The position numbers and the translations under genes are program-made. From NCBI GenBank assembly GCA_035511785.1, contig DATKEW010000085.1:1-57122 (forward strand): DNA of 57,122 nucleotides, read 5' to 3'. Of this stretch, positions 40,901 through 50,560 are shown in pieces; within the stretch, counting starts at the first letter, position 1; each line of letters begins with the position of its first letter. The DNA is from Mycobacterium sp. Its GTDB lineage: Bacteria; Actinomycetota; Actinomycetes; Mycobacteriales; Mycobacteriaceae. The notes under the pieces were generated by a model that was not told where the DNA came from, made no database searches, and saw only the letters and a program-made list of their open reading frames with translations.

Positions 40901-42436
40901 CAACGCAACGACCATTTCCGGGCCAATCCCCCGGTGGGCCAGCTCCCCTGCCAGCCGGGCTGCGGAGGCGTGGAGTTCGGCATAGGTGTAACGCTCACCC
41001 TTTCCGGTCGTCAGGGCGACGGCGTCCGGGGTGGCGTGAGCCTGCCGTTCGAAGATCTCCCACACCGTGGCGCTCTGCGGATCGGGTGGCGGCCGCGTCG
41101 CAAGGCCACTCAATTCAGTACGCTCGGCCGGAGTGAGAATGTCCAGCGCTTCAGGAGTTCCATCGCCGATGTCGGGGAGTTGACGCAGCACGGACAGCAA
41201 TCGTTCTCCGGTCTCCGCGGGCCGAAAATGCGGCAGCGCTTGGCGAATCGCCTCGACAAGCACGACCAGCGCATCGCCGTGTATGTGTGAGACCACCGTC
41301 AGCGGGTAGTGCGTCAGGCTTTCCATCTCGATCGGCGAGAAGCGGGCACCGCTGGGATCGGTAACCGTGCGGATGGCGTCCTCGATCGGTGCGTTTTCGA
41401 ATACGAACATGCTGTCAAAGAGAGTTCCGCGGCCGTGTTCACGCTGGATTTCGGACAGACTCAGATAACCGATGTCGCGCATCGCCGATGATTCACGTTG
41501 CAACCGGGCACATTGCGCGACCACTGACTCAGTCGCGCGCACCTGGTGCACGAGGGGCACGGCGTTGATGAACAGTCCGACCATGCTTTCCACGCCGGGC
41601 AACTGTTCGGGGCGGCCGGAAACGATGGTACCGAAAATGACGTCGCGACGATCGGTGAGCCTGCTGAGCACGACAGCCCAGCCGAAAAGCACTGCGGTAC
41701 TGAGCGTGAGACCGTTACGACCGGCCCACTGTCGCAGCCTTGCCGTATCGGCGGCAGGCAGTAGTAGTTTCATCTTTTCCGGCACGCCCTCACCTGCGGC
41801 CACTGCGCCGTCGGCGACCATGAGCGGTCCTGACACACCGCGCAGATACTCATTCCACTTGGCGATCGCGGACGCTCTGTCCTGCCCCGCGAGCCAGATG
41901 ATGTAGTCGCGGTAGGGGCGCGGGGGCGGTAACCCGTCCGCCGATCCTCCGGCCCGATATATGGCACGCATTTCGGCAAAGAACACCGCGAGCGCCCAGC
42001 CGTCCACCAGAATATGGTGCGCAGTGAAGATCATCCGGCGCCTGGTCTCACCTGGAACGTTCAGCAGAACGACGCGCAATGCCGGACCGCGGCTCAAGTC
42101 AAACCGGCGACGTCGTTCCGATCGCGCGATGGAATCGAATTCCGTTGGCATCGCGATCCGTTCGGACCATGGCAGCTCCGCTTCGGTGGGCACGATCTGC
42201 ACGGGTTTCGGTACATCACGATCCCAGAAGGCGGCCCGCAGATTCGGGTGCCGGTCCAGCATGGCTTGAGCGCTGCAGCGCAGCAGCTCGACATCCACCG
42301 GCCCATCGATATCCACGACAAACTGCATGCTGTAAAGGTCGACGCTGTCCTCGGCCAGCCGGTACAACGCAAACAGCCCTTCCTGCAGCGGGCTGAGGGC
42401 AAGGACGTCTTCGATCTGTGGCGGAGCTGTCGTCAC
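37904..42436 (-). CDS. mbtF: NRPS (C-A-PCP-E-like), MbtF-type
   Basis: HHILVDG, A domain, GLDSI, HHLAVDVVSW and TVGWFT. Confidence 0.87.
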   Translation of the reverse strand: MTTAPPQIEDVLALSPLQEGLFALYRLAEDSVDLYSMQFVVDIDGPVDVELLRCSAQAMLDRHPNLRAAFWDRDVPKPVQIVPTEAELPWSERIAMPTEFDSIARSERRRRFDLSRGPALRVVLLNVPGETRRRMIFTAHHILVDGWALAVFFAEMRAIYRAGGSADGLPPPRPYRDYIIWLAGQDRASAIAKWNEYLRGVSGPLMVADGAVAAGEGVPEKMKLLLPAADTARLRQWAGRNGLTLSTAVLFGWAVVLSRLTDRRDVIFGTIVSGRPEQLPGVESMVGLFINAVPLVHQVRATESVVAQCARLQRESSAMRDIGYLSLSEIQREHGRGTLFDSMFVFENAPIEDAIRTVTDPSGARFSPIEMESLTHYPLTVVSHIHGDALVVLVEAIRQALPHFRPAETGERLLSVLRQLPDIGDGTPEALDILTPAERTELSGLATRPPPDPQSATVWEIFERQAHATPDAVALTTGKGERYTYAELHASAARLAGELAHRGIGPEMVVALMLPRSTRSIVAILAVLGAGAVYLPVDITLPDARIESILRQSNPAIAITEAGCSELVAAGIRTLVLDDPAVAERISRSTPAAPTVHRQSQHGAYVIFTSGSTGEPKGVIGTNAAILAYFADHRERVYVPAASRLGRPLRIAHVWSLSFDASWQPMIGLLDGHALHLFDTEEMRDADRLVKGMAAHRIDMIDTTPSMFVQLRAAGLLDHPPAVLALGGEAIDTALWEQLRALSPSAVFNCYGPTEVTVEAVVAPVDEHQTPTIGTVNAGTFGYVLDSALRMVPDGVVGELYLSGEQLARGYVGRSAMTAARFVADPLRPGQRMYRTGDLVRRLPHSGFAYLGRGDTQVKIRGYRIEIGEIEAALRGQPQVGDAAVSVVHREDATTLVGFVVWNEHMGGDSVRLRTVLTDLLPLYMVPARIVALPRLPVNANGKLDGHTLDRLADTALSQVTAGGTASASTDTERSLCAIFGEQFNGVTPHVDEDFFSLGLDSIVAISLVHKARRRGLTMSPRMVFTTPTIRQLAAAIDEAGSDIAVEGGEYGEVPPLPIVSWLYEYGNYRRFTNSVLLKLPSGIGRSSIEQILQMLLDGHDTLRSILTDTPQGPRLVTREPGVVRAADLLTRVELPKVAEAKLAAAITESARRVMDKIDPREGTMVRAVWLAGAEQNQMLLITVHHLAVDVVSWHIMLGDIAAAWHSMKSGVAPKTLPEFSSYRRWSELMWERAATPEVGAQREYWITQVRDPDPALGERHPDPTRDTWSTLRVTAAFTPVEETERVLATLARNGNMREFLLAATTIAIASWRRERAQDPASGTLIALDGHGRADAILDTDTTNTVGWFTNAFPVRLGIGATTVDIERAEDDPTAARALFDSVAWHLGAIPNEGLDYGLLRYVDRVPELQEAAEPQIMFSYLGRLDRSGATDQPWSLLIGPLADALPVDPEPDLPLRFALYISVHVRATPEGSQLVTNWLWSDALFAPSDIDRLTHFWQRSIAVLAGGLA

Positions 42437-42443
42437 GATTGCC

Positions 42444-45400
42444 TCATGATTGCGCGGACGATTGCCCGTGCCAGGACGCGGTGAGCTCGGCCAATGCGTC
42501 GGCGCTCAAGCCCGATGCGCTCATCGGCGTGTATTCCTGCTCTGATACCGAATCCGCTTGGGCCGCTGGTTGATCATTGGCCGCATCAACGGCCGCGGCC
42601 AGCTCGGCGATGGTCATATGCTCGAACACCATCGCCGGGTTCATAGCCAGTCCCCGCGCATTGGCCTGGGCTGACCACTTAATGGAGGTGATGCTGTCGC
42701 CGCCGAGAGCGAAGAAGTTATCGTCGGGATCGACGCCAGTGATCTCTAGCAGTTGCTCCAGCAGGGCGATGAGGATCCGTTCAGTTTCCGCCGAACCACG
42801 AGATAGCGGTTGCGACGGCTCAACGATCTTCGGGGTCGACGGGGCCAGCAGCTTCGCCGTGGCATCCGCGGGCAACAACTCCAATGTGGATACCGGGCAT
42901 TCCGGTGTCGTCGCGAACGCGTCGAGTGCCGCATCGAGAGCATCGGCGATAAGCGCAACGGTCTGAGGTTCGTAGAGATCGGCGTTGGCGACTACCCGAA
43001 CGTCAAGCCCGCCGTCGGATGTCACGTTCATGCCGATGTCCAGATCCAGCAGGGCGAGGTCAAAGTCCACCTGAAGTGGAACGACGCTGGCTTCTCCTGT
43101 CCCGGTGAGGTCTCGCGGTATGAGGGCCCAGTCCTCACCGTGGAAGTGGATCAGGGTCTGGAACAAGGGGTTCCAGGATCGCGAGCGACGCGGGTTGAGC
43201 GCCTCAACCAAGCGCTCTATGGGAAGTTCCTGGTGCGCGAATCCGTCGAGCACCACATCACGGCTTCGCACGACCATGCTGCGCAGATTTGGATCGCCAG
43301 ATAGGTCGTTACGTAGCGCCACCACGTTGGCGAACAGCCCGATTAGATTCGCGGTAGCGGGTTCGACGCGGGACGCAACCGGACTACCAATCGCGATGTC
43401 CGTGCCGCCGCCGAGCTTGTGCAGCAACACTGCGAGAGCAGCCTGATAAACCATGAATTCGGTGGCGCCACTTTGCTCGGCGAGCCACTTCAGGGCCGCC
43501 CGGCTGGCTGCGGACACCGTGAAGCTCACTGCTTCCCCACGCTTCCCGAGCACCGGCGGGCGCGACTTGTCGTGGGCTACCGAGATCTCGTCGGGCAGTC
43601 CAGCCAACGCATCTCGCCAATACGCCAGCTCCGCCTGTCCCCATTCGTTCGCCGGATCGAATGCATTTCGTTGCCACAGTGCGTAATCCGCGAACTGGAT
43701 GGGCAGTCTGGGCCACTGCGGCGCCTGACCGTTCAGCCGCGCGCGGTACGCAGTGATGAGGTCTTCTAAAAAGATGCCGAGTGACGCGTGATCGCTGACT
43801 ATATGGTGGACGAGCAGCAGCAGCACATGCACATCCGGCTCGATCGCCAACAGGGTTGCCTTGATCAGCGGTCCGGACTCGGGCGTGAACACATGCCGGC
43901 GCAGCTGGGCCACTGTCTCGTCGAGCTGGTCTACGGCGACCTCATCGACAGGTAGTCCCACCTTCAATGTGGGATGCACGATTTGATACGGAACACCCTC
44001 GTGCTCAACGAAGTTCGTGCGCAGCGGCTCGTGCCGGGCCACGACGTCGTTGAGCGCCTCGGTGAGTGTGGGGGTGTCCAGCCGGCCGGCGAAGCGAAGC
44101 GCAAATGGGATATTGAAGCCATCGCGTGCACCTTCCATCCGGTATTGGAACCACGCAGCGAGCTGGGAGTAGGACAACGGGAGCCGTTCGGGGCGAGCCG
44201 ATTCGACCAGTTCCGGACGCGCTGACCGTGACCTCGACACCAAGTCGTGGGGAGGGTCGTCGAAGGCCTCCTGGAACTCTATCTCGTCGAGCTCGATGTC
44301 GAACTCGGCACGGAAGTGCTCTACCAGCCGAGCCGCCAAGCCGGCCGGCGTCGGAACGTCAAACACGGTACGCACGGACAGCTCCAACCCGAACTCGGCA
44401 CGGATCTGCGCTACCAACCGGGCTGCCAGGAGCGAATGGCCGCCGAGTCCAAAGAATGAGTCATCGGCACCGACGCGCTCCCAGCCGAACAGTCCGGCGA
44501 AGATAGAGCACATCCGGCGCACGGTGCCAGTCGCCGGCTCACGGTAGCTGTGTAGCGCTACCGGGGTTGGGGCGGGCAGCGCTCGCTTGTCTAGTTTGCC
44601 GCTCACGGTCAGCGGGATCTCGGGGATTACCGCGAACGCACTGGGCACCATGTATTCCGGAAGCACCGCCGTGGCATGCGCCCGGATCTCGTCGAGATCT
44701 AAGTCCTCGACAAAGCTGGCATCGGCTTCACCCGTCATCGGCACCAGGTACGCGGCGAGCATGGGTCCTGCTTCGGTGTCTTCGGCGACGACGAGGCAGT
44801 GTTTGATCGCCGGGTGCGTCGCGATTACAGACTCCACTTCGCCAACTTCGATACGGAAGCCACGAATCTTTACCTGCTCGTCAGCTCGTCCGACGAATTC
44901 CAGGTTGCCAGAAATGTTGCGGCGGACCAGGTCTCCGGTCCGGTACAGCCGCATGCCGGAGTTGAACGGATCCGCGACGAATCGCTCCGCAGTCAGCCCG
45001 GGACGTCCCAGATACCCGCGCGCCAACTGAACACCGCCGAGGTACAGTTCGCCGATCACCTCCGCAGGCACCAGCCGCAATTCCTCGTCAAGTACGTAGG
45101 CGTGGACGTTGCGGTTCGGCACACCGATGGGCACCACACGGGTACCCTGCGGCCCTTCTACCTGCATGTGTGTCGAGCAGACCACGCCCTCGGTCGGGCC
45201 GTAGTGATTGCGTAACTCCGCGTCGAAGTAGCTGGCAAATTTGTCGGCTACCTCACCTGAAAGCGCTTCTCCACCCACCGGCACATAACGCAGCGCCCGC
45301 CATTCGCTGACCTGTGGCAGTAGTAAGAGAGTGCTCAGCATCGAAGGCACCACGTGAAGCACAGTGACGCGGTGGCGGCTGATCAGATCTGCGATATAAG

Positions 45401-47510
45401 AGATGTCGCTAAAGGCGTTGGGCTTAGGCACAATCAGCCGTGCGCCAAGCGACAATACGATGAAGAGGTCTCCCAGCGACGCGTCGAAGCTGACCGACAC
45501 CAACTGCAGCAACCGATCTTCGGCGGTGATGCTCCACTCGGCGGTGAAACCATCCACGTGCTCGGCGATTGCGCGGTGCGAGACCGCCACGCCCTTGGGC
45601 TGGCCTGTCGAGCCGGAAGTGTAAATGACATAGGCCAAATGGTCGGGATGCGATGCAGATAGCCGGTCGGCATCGGTAAGCGCGACGTCCGACATGTGTG
45701 CGGCGGCCCTTTCTGCGGCGTCGAGTTCGTCGCGACCAATTACCATCTGTGGGCGCGCGTTCGTGACGAGGTATTCGATGCGATCGTCCGGGTAGGCGGG
45801 GTCTATCGGGAGATAAGCCGCACCGGCCTTCAGTACGGCGAGCATCGCGACGACGAACTCAATCGAGGTGGTCATGCGCAGGCCGATGATGTCGTCGGCA
45901 CCAAACCCCTGCCCGACAAGCCAGCGCGCCAAACGATTTGCGCGGTGATGCAATCCCGCATACGTCAGCTCGGCTTCATCGGAAACCAGCGCGACCGCGT
46001 CGGGGGTGGCACCCGCGGCTGCTTCGAGGATCGCGACCATCGTGGTGGCCGGCGTGGCGACAAGATCGCCGTGCGACTGCGCCAGGACGGCATCCCGTTC
46101 GCCGGCGTCGAGCATGTCCATACTGGTGAGACGACGCCCGGGCTCGGCCAACGCGTTGTCCAGCAGCCCCAGGTAGTGATTCAGCATCTGATCGACGAGT
46201 GCAGTACCCAGCACGTCGGTCTGGTATTCGAACTCGACGAAGGCCCCGTCCCGATCGAGCACAACCGCAAGCGCAAGCGGAAGGTGGGCGCTGACCGCGC
46301 CAAGTTCGAGCTGCCGCACGGTGACGCCGCCCAACGCGAATCCGCTGACGCTGCTGCGCATGCTGAAGGCCAGCCGGACAAGGTTGTCCATGCCGTCGTG
46401 TCCCACGCGCTCCGGGTTTACTTCGCGGACCACGCGATCGATGCCGACCGACTGATGGGCGAAACCGTTAAGACACGTTTCGCGTACCGCGTCGACAAAC
46501 GAGGTGAAGGTGTCCTGCGATCGCACGGTGATCCGCAGCAACAGCGTGTTACCGAAGTATCCAATGGCACCTTCGGCCGCCGCGCCACGATCGGTTACCG
46601 GCACCGAGATCAGGAAATCCGTTGTGCCCGTGTAGCGACGCACCAGCACCCCAAAAGCCGCCAGTAACACCATGAACGGCGTGGCGGCGTGCTTTCGGGC
46701 GGAGTCCTCGACCCGGCCGAACAGGTCGGCGGGCAACACCCGACTTCGACGTTCGGCCCGCCTGGACGGATGTGCGGCGGCAACGCCGGGAAGCTCCAGC
46801 GGTTCGGGCGACGGCCGCAATGTGTCAGCCCAGTAACCGACGTCGGCAATCGAAGGTTCCGCTGGGGTCTCTAGGACCTCGACCGAGACAAACTGCGGCG
46901 CAGGGGCGCCGTCTTGCTGACCGTTGTAAGCGGCAGTCAGATCGGCGAAGAAGACGGCCCACGAGTCGTCATCCCAACTGATGTGATGCACGACCAGCAG
47001 CAGCACGAATTCGTCTGCGCCGGTTCGCAGCAGGGTAACCCGCAGCGGCAACTCGTCGTTGAGATCGAACGGCCGGCCGAACTCGTCCCGCGCGCGGACC
47101 TCGATCTGCCGCTCGCGTGCCTCGCCGGAAAGCTGAGTCAAATCACCCGTTCGCCAAGTGATCTCAACGTCATCGCAAAAGATTTGATAGGGCTCACCCT
47201 CGCTGTCCACCCCGTAGTTGGTGCGCAAGACGGCGTGGCGTGCGACAACATCATTGAACGCGGCGCGCAAACGTGCCTCGTCCAGCACGCCGGTCAGTCG
47301 ATAGGCAACGCAGATGTTGAGTGTGGCGTCGCTTGCATCCATGGCCTGCAGAAACCACATCCGCCGCTGGCCGGCCGACAGACCATACCGTTCGCCGGCG
47401 ACGAGAGGTGCCTGTTCGTCCAGTTGGGGTGCGGCCATGCCGCTGTCAGCGATGCGCCTGCGCAACAATTCGCGACGGCGTTCCCGCAATATCTTGGCAT
47501 CGTCTGCCAT
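42444..47510 (-). CDS. mbtE: NRPS (C-A-PCP-C-PCP), MbtE-type
   Basis: HHISWD, YTSGSTGQPKG, GGHSLL, HHIVSD and GGDSI. Confidence 0.88.
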   Translation of the reverse strand: MADDAKILRERRRELLRRRIADSGMAAPQLDEQAPLVAGERYGLSAGQRRMWFLQAMDASDATLNICVAYRLTGVLDEARLRAAFNDVVARHAVLRTNYGVDSEGEPYQIFCDDVEITWRTGDLTQLSGEARERQIEVRARDEFGRPFDLNDELPLRVTLLRTGADEFVLLLVVHHISWDDDSWAVFFADLTAAYNGQQDGAPAPQFVSVEVLETPAEPSIADVGYWADTLRPSPEPLELPGVAAAHPSRRAERRSRVLPADLFGRVEDSARKHAATPFMVLLAAFGVLVRRYTGTTDFLISVPVTDRGAAAEGAIGYFGNTLLLRITVRSQDTFTSFVDAVRETCLNGFAHQSVGIDRVVREVNPERVGHDGMDNLVRLAFSMRSSVSGFALGGVTVRQLELGAVSAHLPLALAVVLDRDGAFVEFEYQTDVLGTALVDQMLNHYLGLLDNALAEPGRRLTSMDMLDAGERDAVLAQSHGDLVATPATTMVAILEAAAGATPDAVALVSDEAELTYAGLHHRANRLARWLVGQGFGADDIIGLRMTTSIEFVVAMLAVLKAGAAYLPIDPAYPDDRIEYLVTNARPQMVIGRDELDAAERAAAHMSDVALTDADRLSASHPDHLAYVIYTSGSTGQPKGVAVSHRAIAEHVDGFTAEWSITAEDRLLQLVSVSFDASLGDLFIVLSLGARLIVPKPNAFSDISYIADLISRHRVTVLHVVPSMLSTLLLLPQVSEWRALRYVPVGGEALSGEVADKFASYFDAELRNHYGPTEGVVCSTHMQVEGPQGTRVVPIGVPNRNVHAYVLDEELRLVPAEVIGELYLGGVQLARGYLGRPGLTAERFVADPFNSGMRLYRTGDLVRRNISGNLEFVGRADEQVKIRGFRIEVGEVESVIATHPAIKHCLVVAEDTEAGPMLAAYLVPMTGEADASFVEDLDLDEIRAHATAVLPEYMVPSAFAVIPEIPLTVSGKLDKRALPAPTPVALHSYREPATGTVRRMCSIFAGLFGWERVGADDSFFGLGGHSLLAARLVAQIRAEFGLELSVRTVFDVPTPAGLAARLVEHFRAEFDIELDEIEFQEAFDDPPHDLVSRSRSARPELVESARPERLPLSYSQLAAWFQYRMEGARDGFNIPFALRFAGRLDTPTLTEALNDVVARHEPLRTNFVEHEGVPYQIVHPTLKVGLPVDEVAVDQLDETVAQLRRHVFTPESGPLIKATLLAIEPDVHVLLLLVHHIVSDHASLGIFLEDLITAYRARLNGQAPQWPRLPIQFADYALWQRNAFDPANEWGQAELAYWRDALAGLPDEISVAHDKSRPPVLGKRGEAVSFTVSAASRAALKWLAEQSGATEFMVYQAALAVLLHKLGGGTDIAIGSPVASRVEPATANLIGLFANVVALRNDLSGDPNLRSMVVRSRDVVLDGFAHQELPIERLVEALNPRRSRSWNPLFQTLIHFHGEDWALIPRDLTGTGEASVVPLQVDFDLALLDLDIGMNVTSDGGLDVRVVANADLYEPQTVALIADALDAALDAFATTPECPVSTLELLPADATAKLLAPSTPKIVEPSQPLSRGSAETERILIALLEQLLEITGVDPDDNFFALGGDSITSIKWSAQANARGLAMNPAMVFEHMTIAELAAAVDAANDQPAAQADSVSEQEYTPMSASGLSADALAELTASWHGQSSAQS

Positions 47511-47607
47511 AGCCCGCCCCACTAACCTTCAGTTTGCCGGTGATGCCTGGTTGGTCAGGTAGCCGCCATCCAAAAAGAACTTCCTGCGCCAACCACCAGT
47601 TAGGAGA

Positions 47608-47626
47608 TTATGTTAGCCTTCGCTAA
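47608..47626. promoter_or_regulatory. IdeR/DtxR box in the divergent mbtE / GNAT promoter
   Basis: TTATGTTAGCCTTCGCTAA matches TTAGGTTAGCCTAACCTAA at 15/19 and overlaps a TAAGTT -10-like hexamer. Confidence 0.85.
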
Positions 47627-47645
47627 GTTGCATGCTTTAGCGGCT

Positions 47646-48284
47646 GTGGACGCGACGGGAAGCGCTTCCAGATTCCCTGGTAGCACATCCCTCGACGCAT
47701 TTGCCAATCTGGTGCGGGAGGCGCGGCGTGTGGACAAGCCGGACCTAGGGTGCCGCCGCACCACGCTGGAACACGGAACATTCTCGCTGCGCCGGCTGGA
47801 CCCCGACCGCGACCTCGACCGGGTGCATTCCTGGATGAACGACCCCGAGGTGGCATGCTTCTGGAAGAAGGCGTGGCAACGAGACCAGATCGCGTCCTAT
47901 CTGCGCGAACAGGACCGCAGCACGCACTCCTCCCCTTACCTGGGCGAGCTGGACGGCGTCCCGATGAGCTATTGGGAGCTCTACCGCGCCGACCTCGACC
48001 CGCTCGCCAAGTATTACGCCGCGCGCGAGCACGACGCAGGCGTACACATGCTCCTGGGTCCAGCCCAGTGCCGCGGTCGTGGGCTGGCCGTGGACCTGTT
48101 GCGCACGGTTTCCACTTGGCAATTGGAGGCGGATCCGCGCGCCAGTCGGGTGATCGGCGAGCCCGACGTTGAAAACGAGCGAGTTATTCGGGTGGGCGAG
48201 CTTGCCGGGTTCCGGCGCGCCATGGACATCGAGCTGCCGGACAAGCGAGCCGCCCTCATGATTCGCGACCGGGAACGCCAATGA
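47646..48284 (+). CDS. Siderophore N-hydroxylysine acyl/acetyltransferase (GNAT; MbtK/IucB/AlcB-like)
   Basis: VHSWMNDPEVACFW, YWELY, GVHMLLG...RGRG and VIGEPD...N, PDKRA. The start is uncertain: GTG 47646 is chosen because ATG 47610 lies inside the IdeR box. Confidence 0.87.
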   Translation: MDATGSASRFPGSTSLDAFANLVREARRVDKPDLGCRRTTLEHGTFSLRRLDPDRDLDRVHSWMNDPEVACFWKKAWQRDQIASYLREQDRSTHSSPYLGELDGVPMSYWELYRADLDPLAKYYAAREHDAGVHMLLGPAQCRGRGLAVDLLRTVSTWQLEADPRASRVIGEPDVENERVIRVGELAGFRRAMDIELPDKRAALMIRDRERQ

Positions 48285-48348
48285 GCAGACACGCGGAGCC
48301 GCGCGGAACCTGAGGTCAACCGGCGACAAGCCGCTAGGCATCCGCGCC

Positions 48349-48367
48349 TTATGTTAGCCTTCGCTAA
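48349..48367. promoter_or_regulatory. Second, identical IdeR box upstream of the thioesterase-PKS genes
   Basis: TTATGTTAGCCTTCGCTAA is part of an exact 25-bp repeat of 47608-47632. Confidence 0.85.
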
Positions 48368-48475
48368 GTTGCACGGCTGTCGCGGCGACGAGACCGGATC
48401 GATCTTTCGGTCGACGTGCTCAGGCCGGACGAACGCGTGCTATTCGGAGCGACGCTGGCGAAGGGTAGGAGCGCA

Positions 48476-49234
48476 TTGCCGCGGACATTGGGGTGGATCA
48501 GGCAGTTCCACCAACCGGAGTCGCCCGAGAGCCTTCCGCTCCTGGTGTTTCCCCACGCCGGGGCCGGTGCGTCGGCCTACCGGGACTTCTCGAAGGTGCT
48601 CAGCGCGAAGTTCAGGGTCATCGTTTTCCAGTACCCGGGACGGCAGGACCGGGCGGCTGAAGCCTCATTGGCCTCGCTGGAAGAGATCGCCGCGGGAGCC
48701 TTCGGCGAATTCGCGACGTCGGATCGGAATCGCGGCGTCCCGGTCGTAACGTTCGGTCACAGCATGGGGGCATTGGTCGCGTTCGAGTTCGTCCGGTTAG
48801 CGGAGGCCGCGGGAATCGACGTGCGGCACCTCAACGTCTCCGCGGCGGTTGCTCCTGGTAACGCCGCGGACAAACCACCACACCCAAAGGATGACGAGGA
48901 AATCCTCAACCATCTCGCGGCGCTCGAGGGTACCGACTCGGATGTGATCGCGAACCGCGAACTCATGAGACTGGCGCTTCCGGTTATCAAAGCGGACTAT
49001 AAGGCTTTTGACGCGTACGCCTGCGCTGAAGACGTCAAGATAGCAGCTCCGATTCACGCCATGGGCGGTGACCAGGATCCGTACATCACCCTGGGCGACC
49101 TGTACGGGTGGGCTAATCACACCGACACCGTCAAGGTGACGATGTTCGACGGCGGGCACTTTTACCTGAAATCGCACATCGATGCCGTCGCGGAGCTGTT
49201 GGCGTCGAGCGCGCAATGCGAGCAAACGGCGTGA
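48476..49234 (+). CDS. Stand-alone type II thioesterase (MbtT/NbtA-like)
   Basis: FPHAGAG, GHSMG and GGHFYL; AGGAG lies before TTG 48476. Confidence 0.9.
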   Translation: MPRTLGWIRQFHQPESPESLPLLVFPHAGAGASAYRDFSKVLSAKFRVIVFQYPGRQDRAAEASLASLEEIAAGAFGEFATSDRNRGVPVVTFGHSMGALVAFEFVRLAEAAGIDVRHLNVSAAVAPGNAADKPPHPKDDEEILNHLAALEGTDSDVIANRELMRLALPVIKADYKAFDAYACAEDVKIAAPIHAMGGDQDPYITLGDLYGWANHTDTVKVTMFDGGHFYLKSHIDAVAELLASSAQCEQTA

Positions 49235-50556
49235 GCAACAACGGATCTGCCGCAGCGGTAGCAACCGACCCAATCGTCATTTCTGGAATGGCCGTAGAGG
49301 CGCCGGGCGGAATCGACAGCCCGAGCGCCTTATGGTCGGCACTTGCCGAATCGAGGGAGCTGCTCTGCCCGTTTCCACGCGACCGTGGGTGGACCGTCGA
49401 CGATCTCCTGTCGGCGTCTCGAGTAGATGACGGTTGGCGGCGGGTCTGCGATTCCGGCGGATTCTTGGACGGCGCAGCGACATTCGATCCGCCCTTCTTC
49501 GGCCTCACCCATCACGAGGCGATGGTGATGCACCCGCAGCAGCGGGTCGCGATGCGGGTGGGGTGGAAGGCGCTGGAGAACGCCGGAATCAATCCCGGGA
49601 CGCTCGAGGGTTCGGAGGGCGGCTGCTTCGTCGGGATGTCGATGACCGAATACGGCTCACGCACGGCGGTGGCCGACGATTACACCGGATTCCGGACCGT
49701 CGGTTTGGGACAATTGGGAGGCGCCGGCAGGATCTCGCATTGCCTTGGGCTGGTCGGCCCATCGATATCCCTCGACTCGGCGTGCGCGTCATCGTTGACC
49801 GCAGTGCAGCTGGCCGCCAACGCGGTTCAAATGGACGAGTGCGACTGGGCGCTTGCCGGCGCCGTGTGCGTTCTGGGAGAGCCGACGGCCTTTTACGAGT
49901 TCTCCCGACTCAATGCCATCTCCGCGGACGGGCATTGCCGGGCCTACTCGGACGACGCCACCGGCACCGTGTGGGCCGAAGGCGCGGGAATGGTTGTGGT
50001 CGAACGTGAATCGCGAGCGCGTCAACTGGGACATCGGGTCTACGGACGCATCCTGGCCATCCGCACGAACCACAACGGCAAGGGCAAGCCGATCCTGGTT
50101 CCCCGGACGCGGGCGCAGGTGCAGGTCGTCAGCAAGACGCTGGACGCGGCGGGAATCGACCCGGCTGACATCGGCATGATCGAAGGGCACGGCACCGCGA
50201 CTCTGGCGGGTGACCCGCAGGAATTGATCGCCCTGTTCAAGACCTACGGCGCGGCCGGATCCCAGGCGCTGCTGGGCTCGATCAAGTCGAACGCCGGACA
50301 TGCGCAAGCGGCGTCCGGCATGCTCGGGCTGACCAAGCTGCTGCTGGCTGGCCAGCACGGTCACATTCCGCCAACCCTGTTCTCGGACAACCCAACCAAG
50401 ACGGTGGATTGGGATTCGACGGGCCTGCGGCTGGCCACAAAACTGCACCCCTGGGAGCCGAAAGACGGCATCCGCTACGGTGCCGTTTCGTCGTTCGGCG
50501 CGGGGGGCGCCAACGCGCATGCAATCATCGCCATGCCCGCGAGTCCCGGGAAGTGA
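49231..50556 (+). CDS. mbtC: Stand-alone ketosynthase, MbtC-type
   Basis: DSACASS, EGHGT, KSNAGHAQ and SSFGAGG; GTGA overlap with the TE gene. Confidence 0.9.
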   Translation: MSNNGSAAAVATDPIVISGMAVEAPGGIDSPSALWSALAESRELLCPFPRDRGWTVDDLLSASRVDDGWRRVCDSGGFLDGAATFDPPFFGLTHHEAMVMHPQQRVAMRVGWKALENAGINPGTLEGSEGGCFVGMSMTEYGSRTAVADDYTGFRTVGLGQLGGAGRISHCLGLVGPSISLDSACASSLTAVQLAANAVQMDECDWALAGAVCVLGEPTAFYEFSRLNAISADGHCRAYSDDATGTVWAEGAGMVVVERESRARQLGHRVYGRILAIRTNHNGKGKPILVPRTRAQVQVVSKTLDAAGIDPADIGMIEGHGTATLAGDPQELIALFKTYGAAGSQALLGSIKSNAGHAQAASGMLGLTKLLLAGQHGHIPPTLFSDNPTKTVDWDSTGLRLATKLHPWEPKDGIRYGAVSSFGAGGANAHAIIAMPASPGK

Positions 50557-50560
50557 GAAA

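Noticed and set aside
47610-48373. Two ORFs both starting MLAFAKLH
   Set aside because: This is an artefact of the duplicated IdeR box containing an ATG, not a shared peptide leader.
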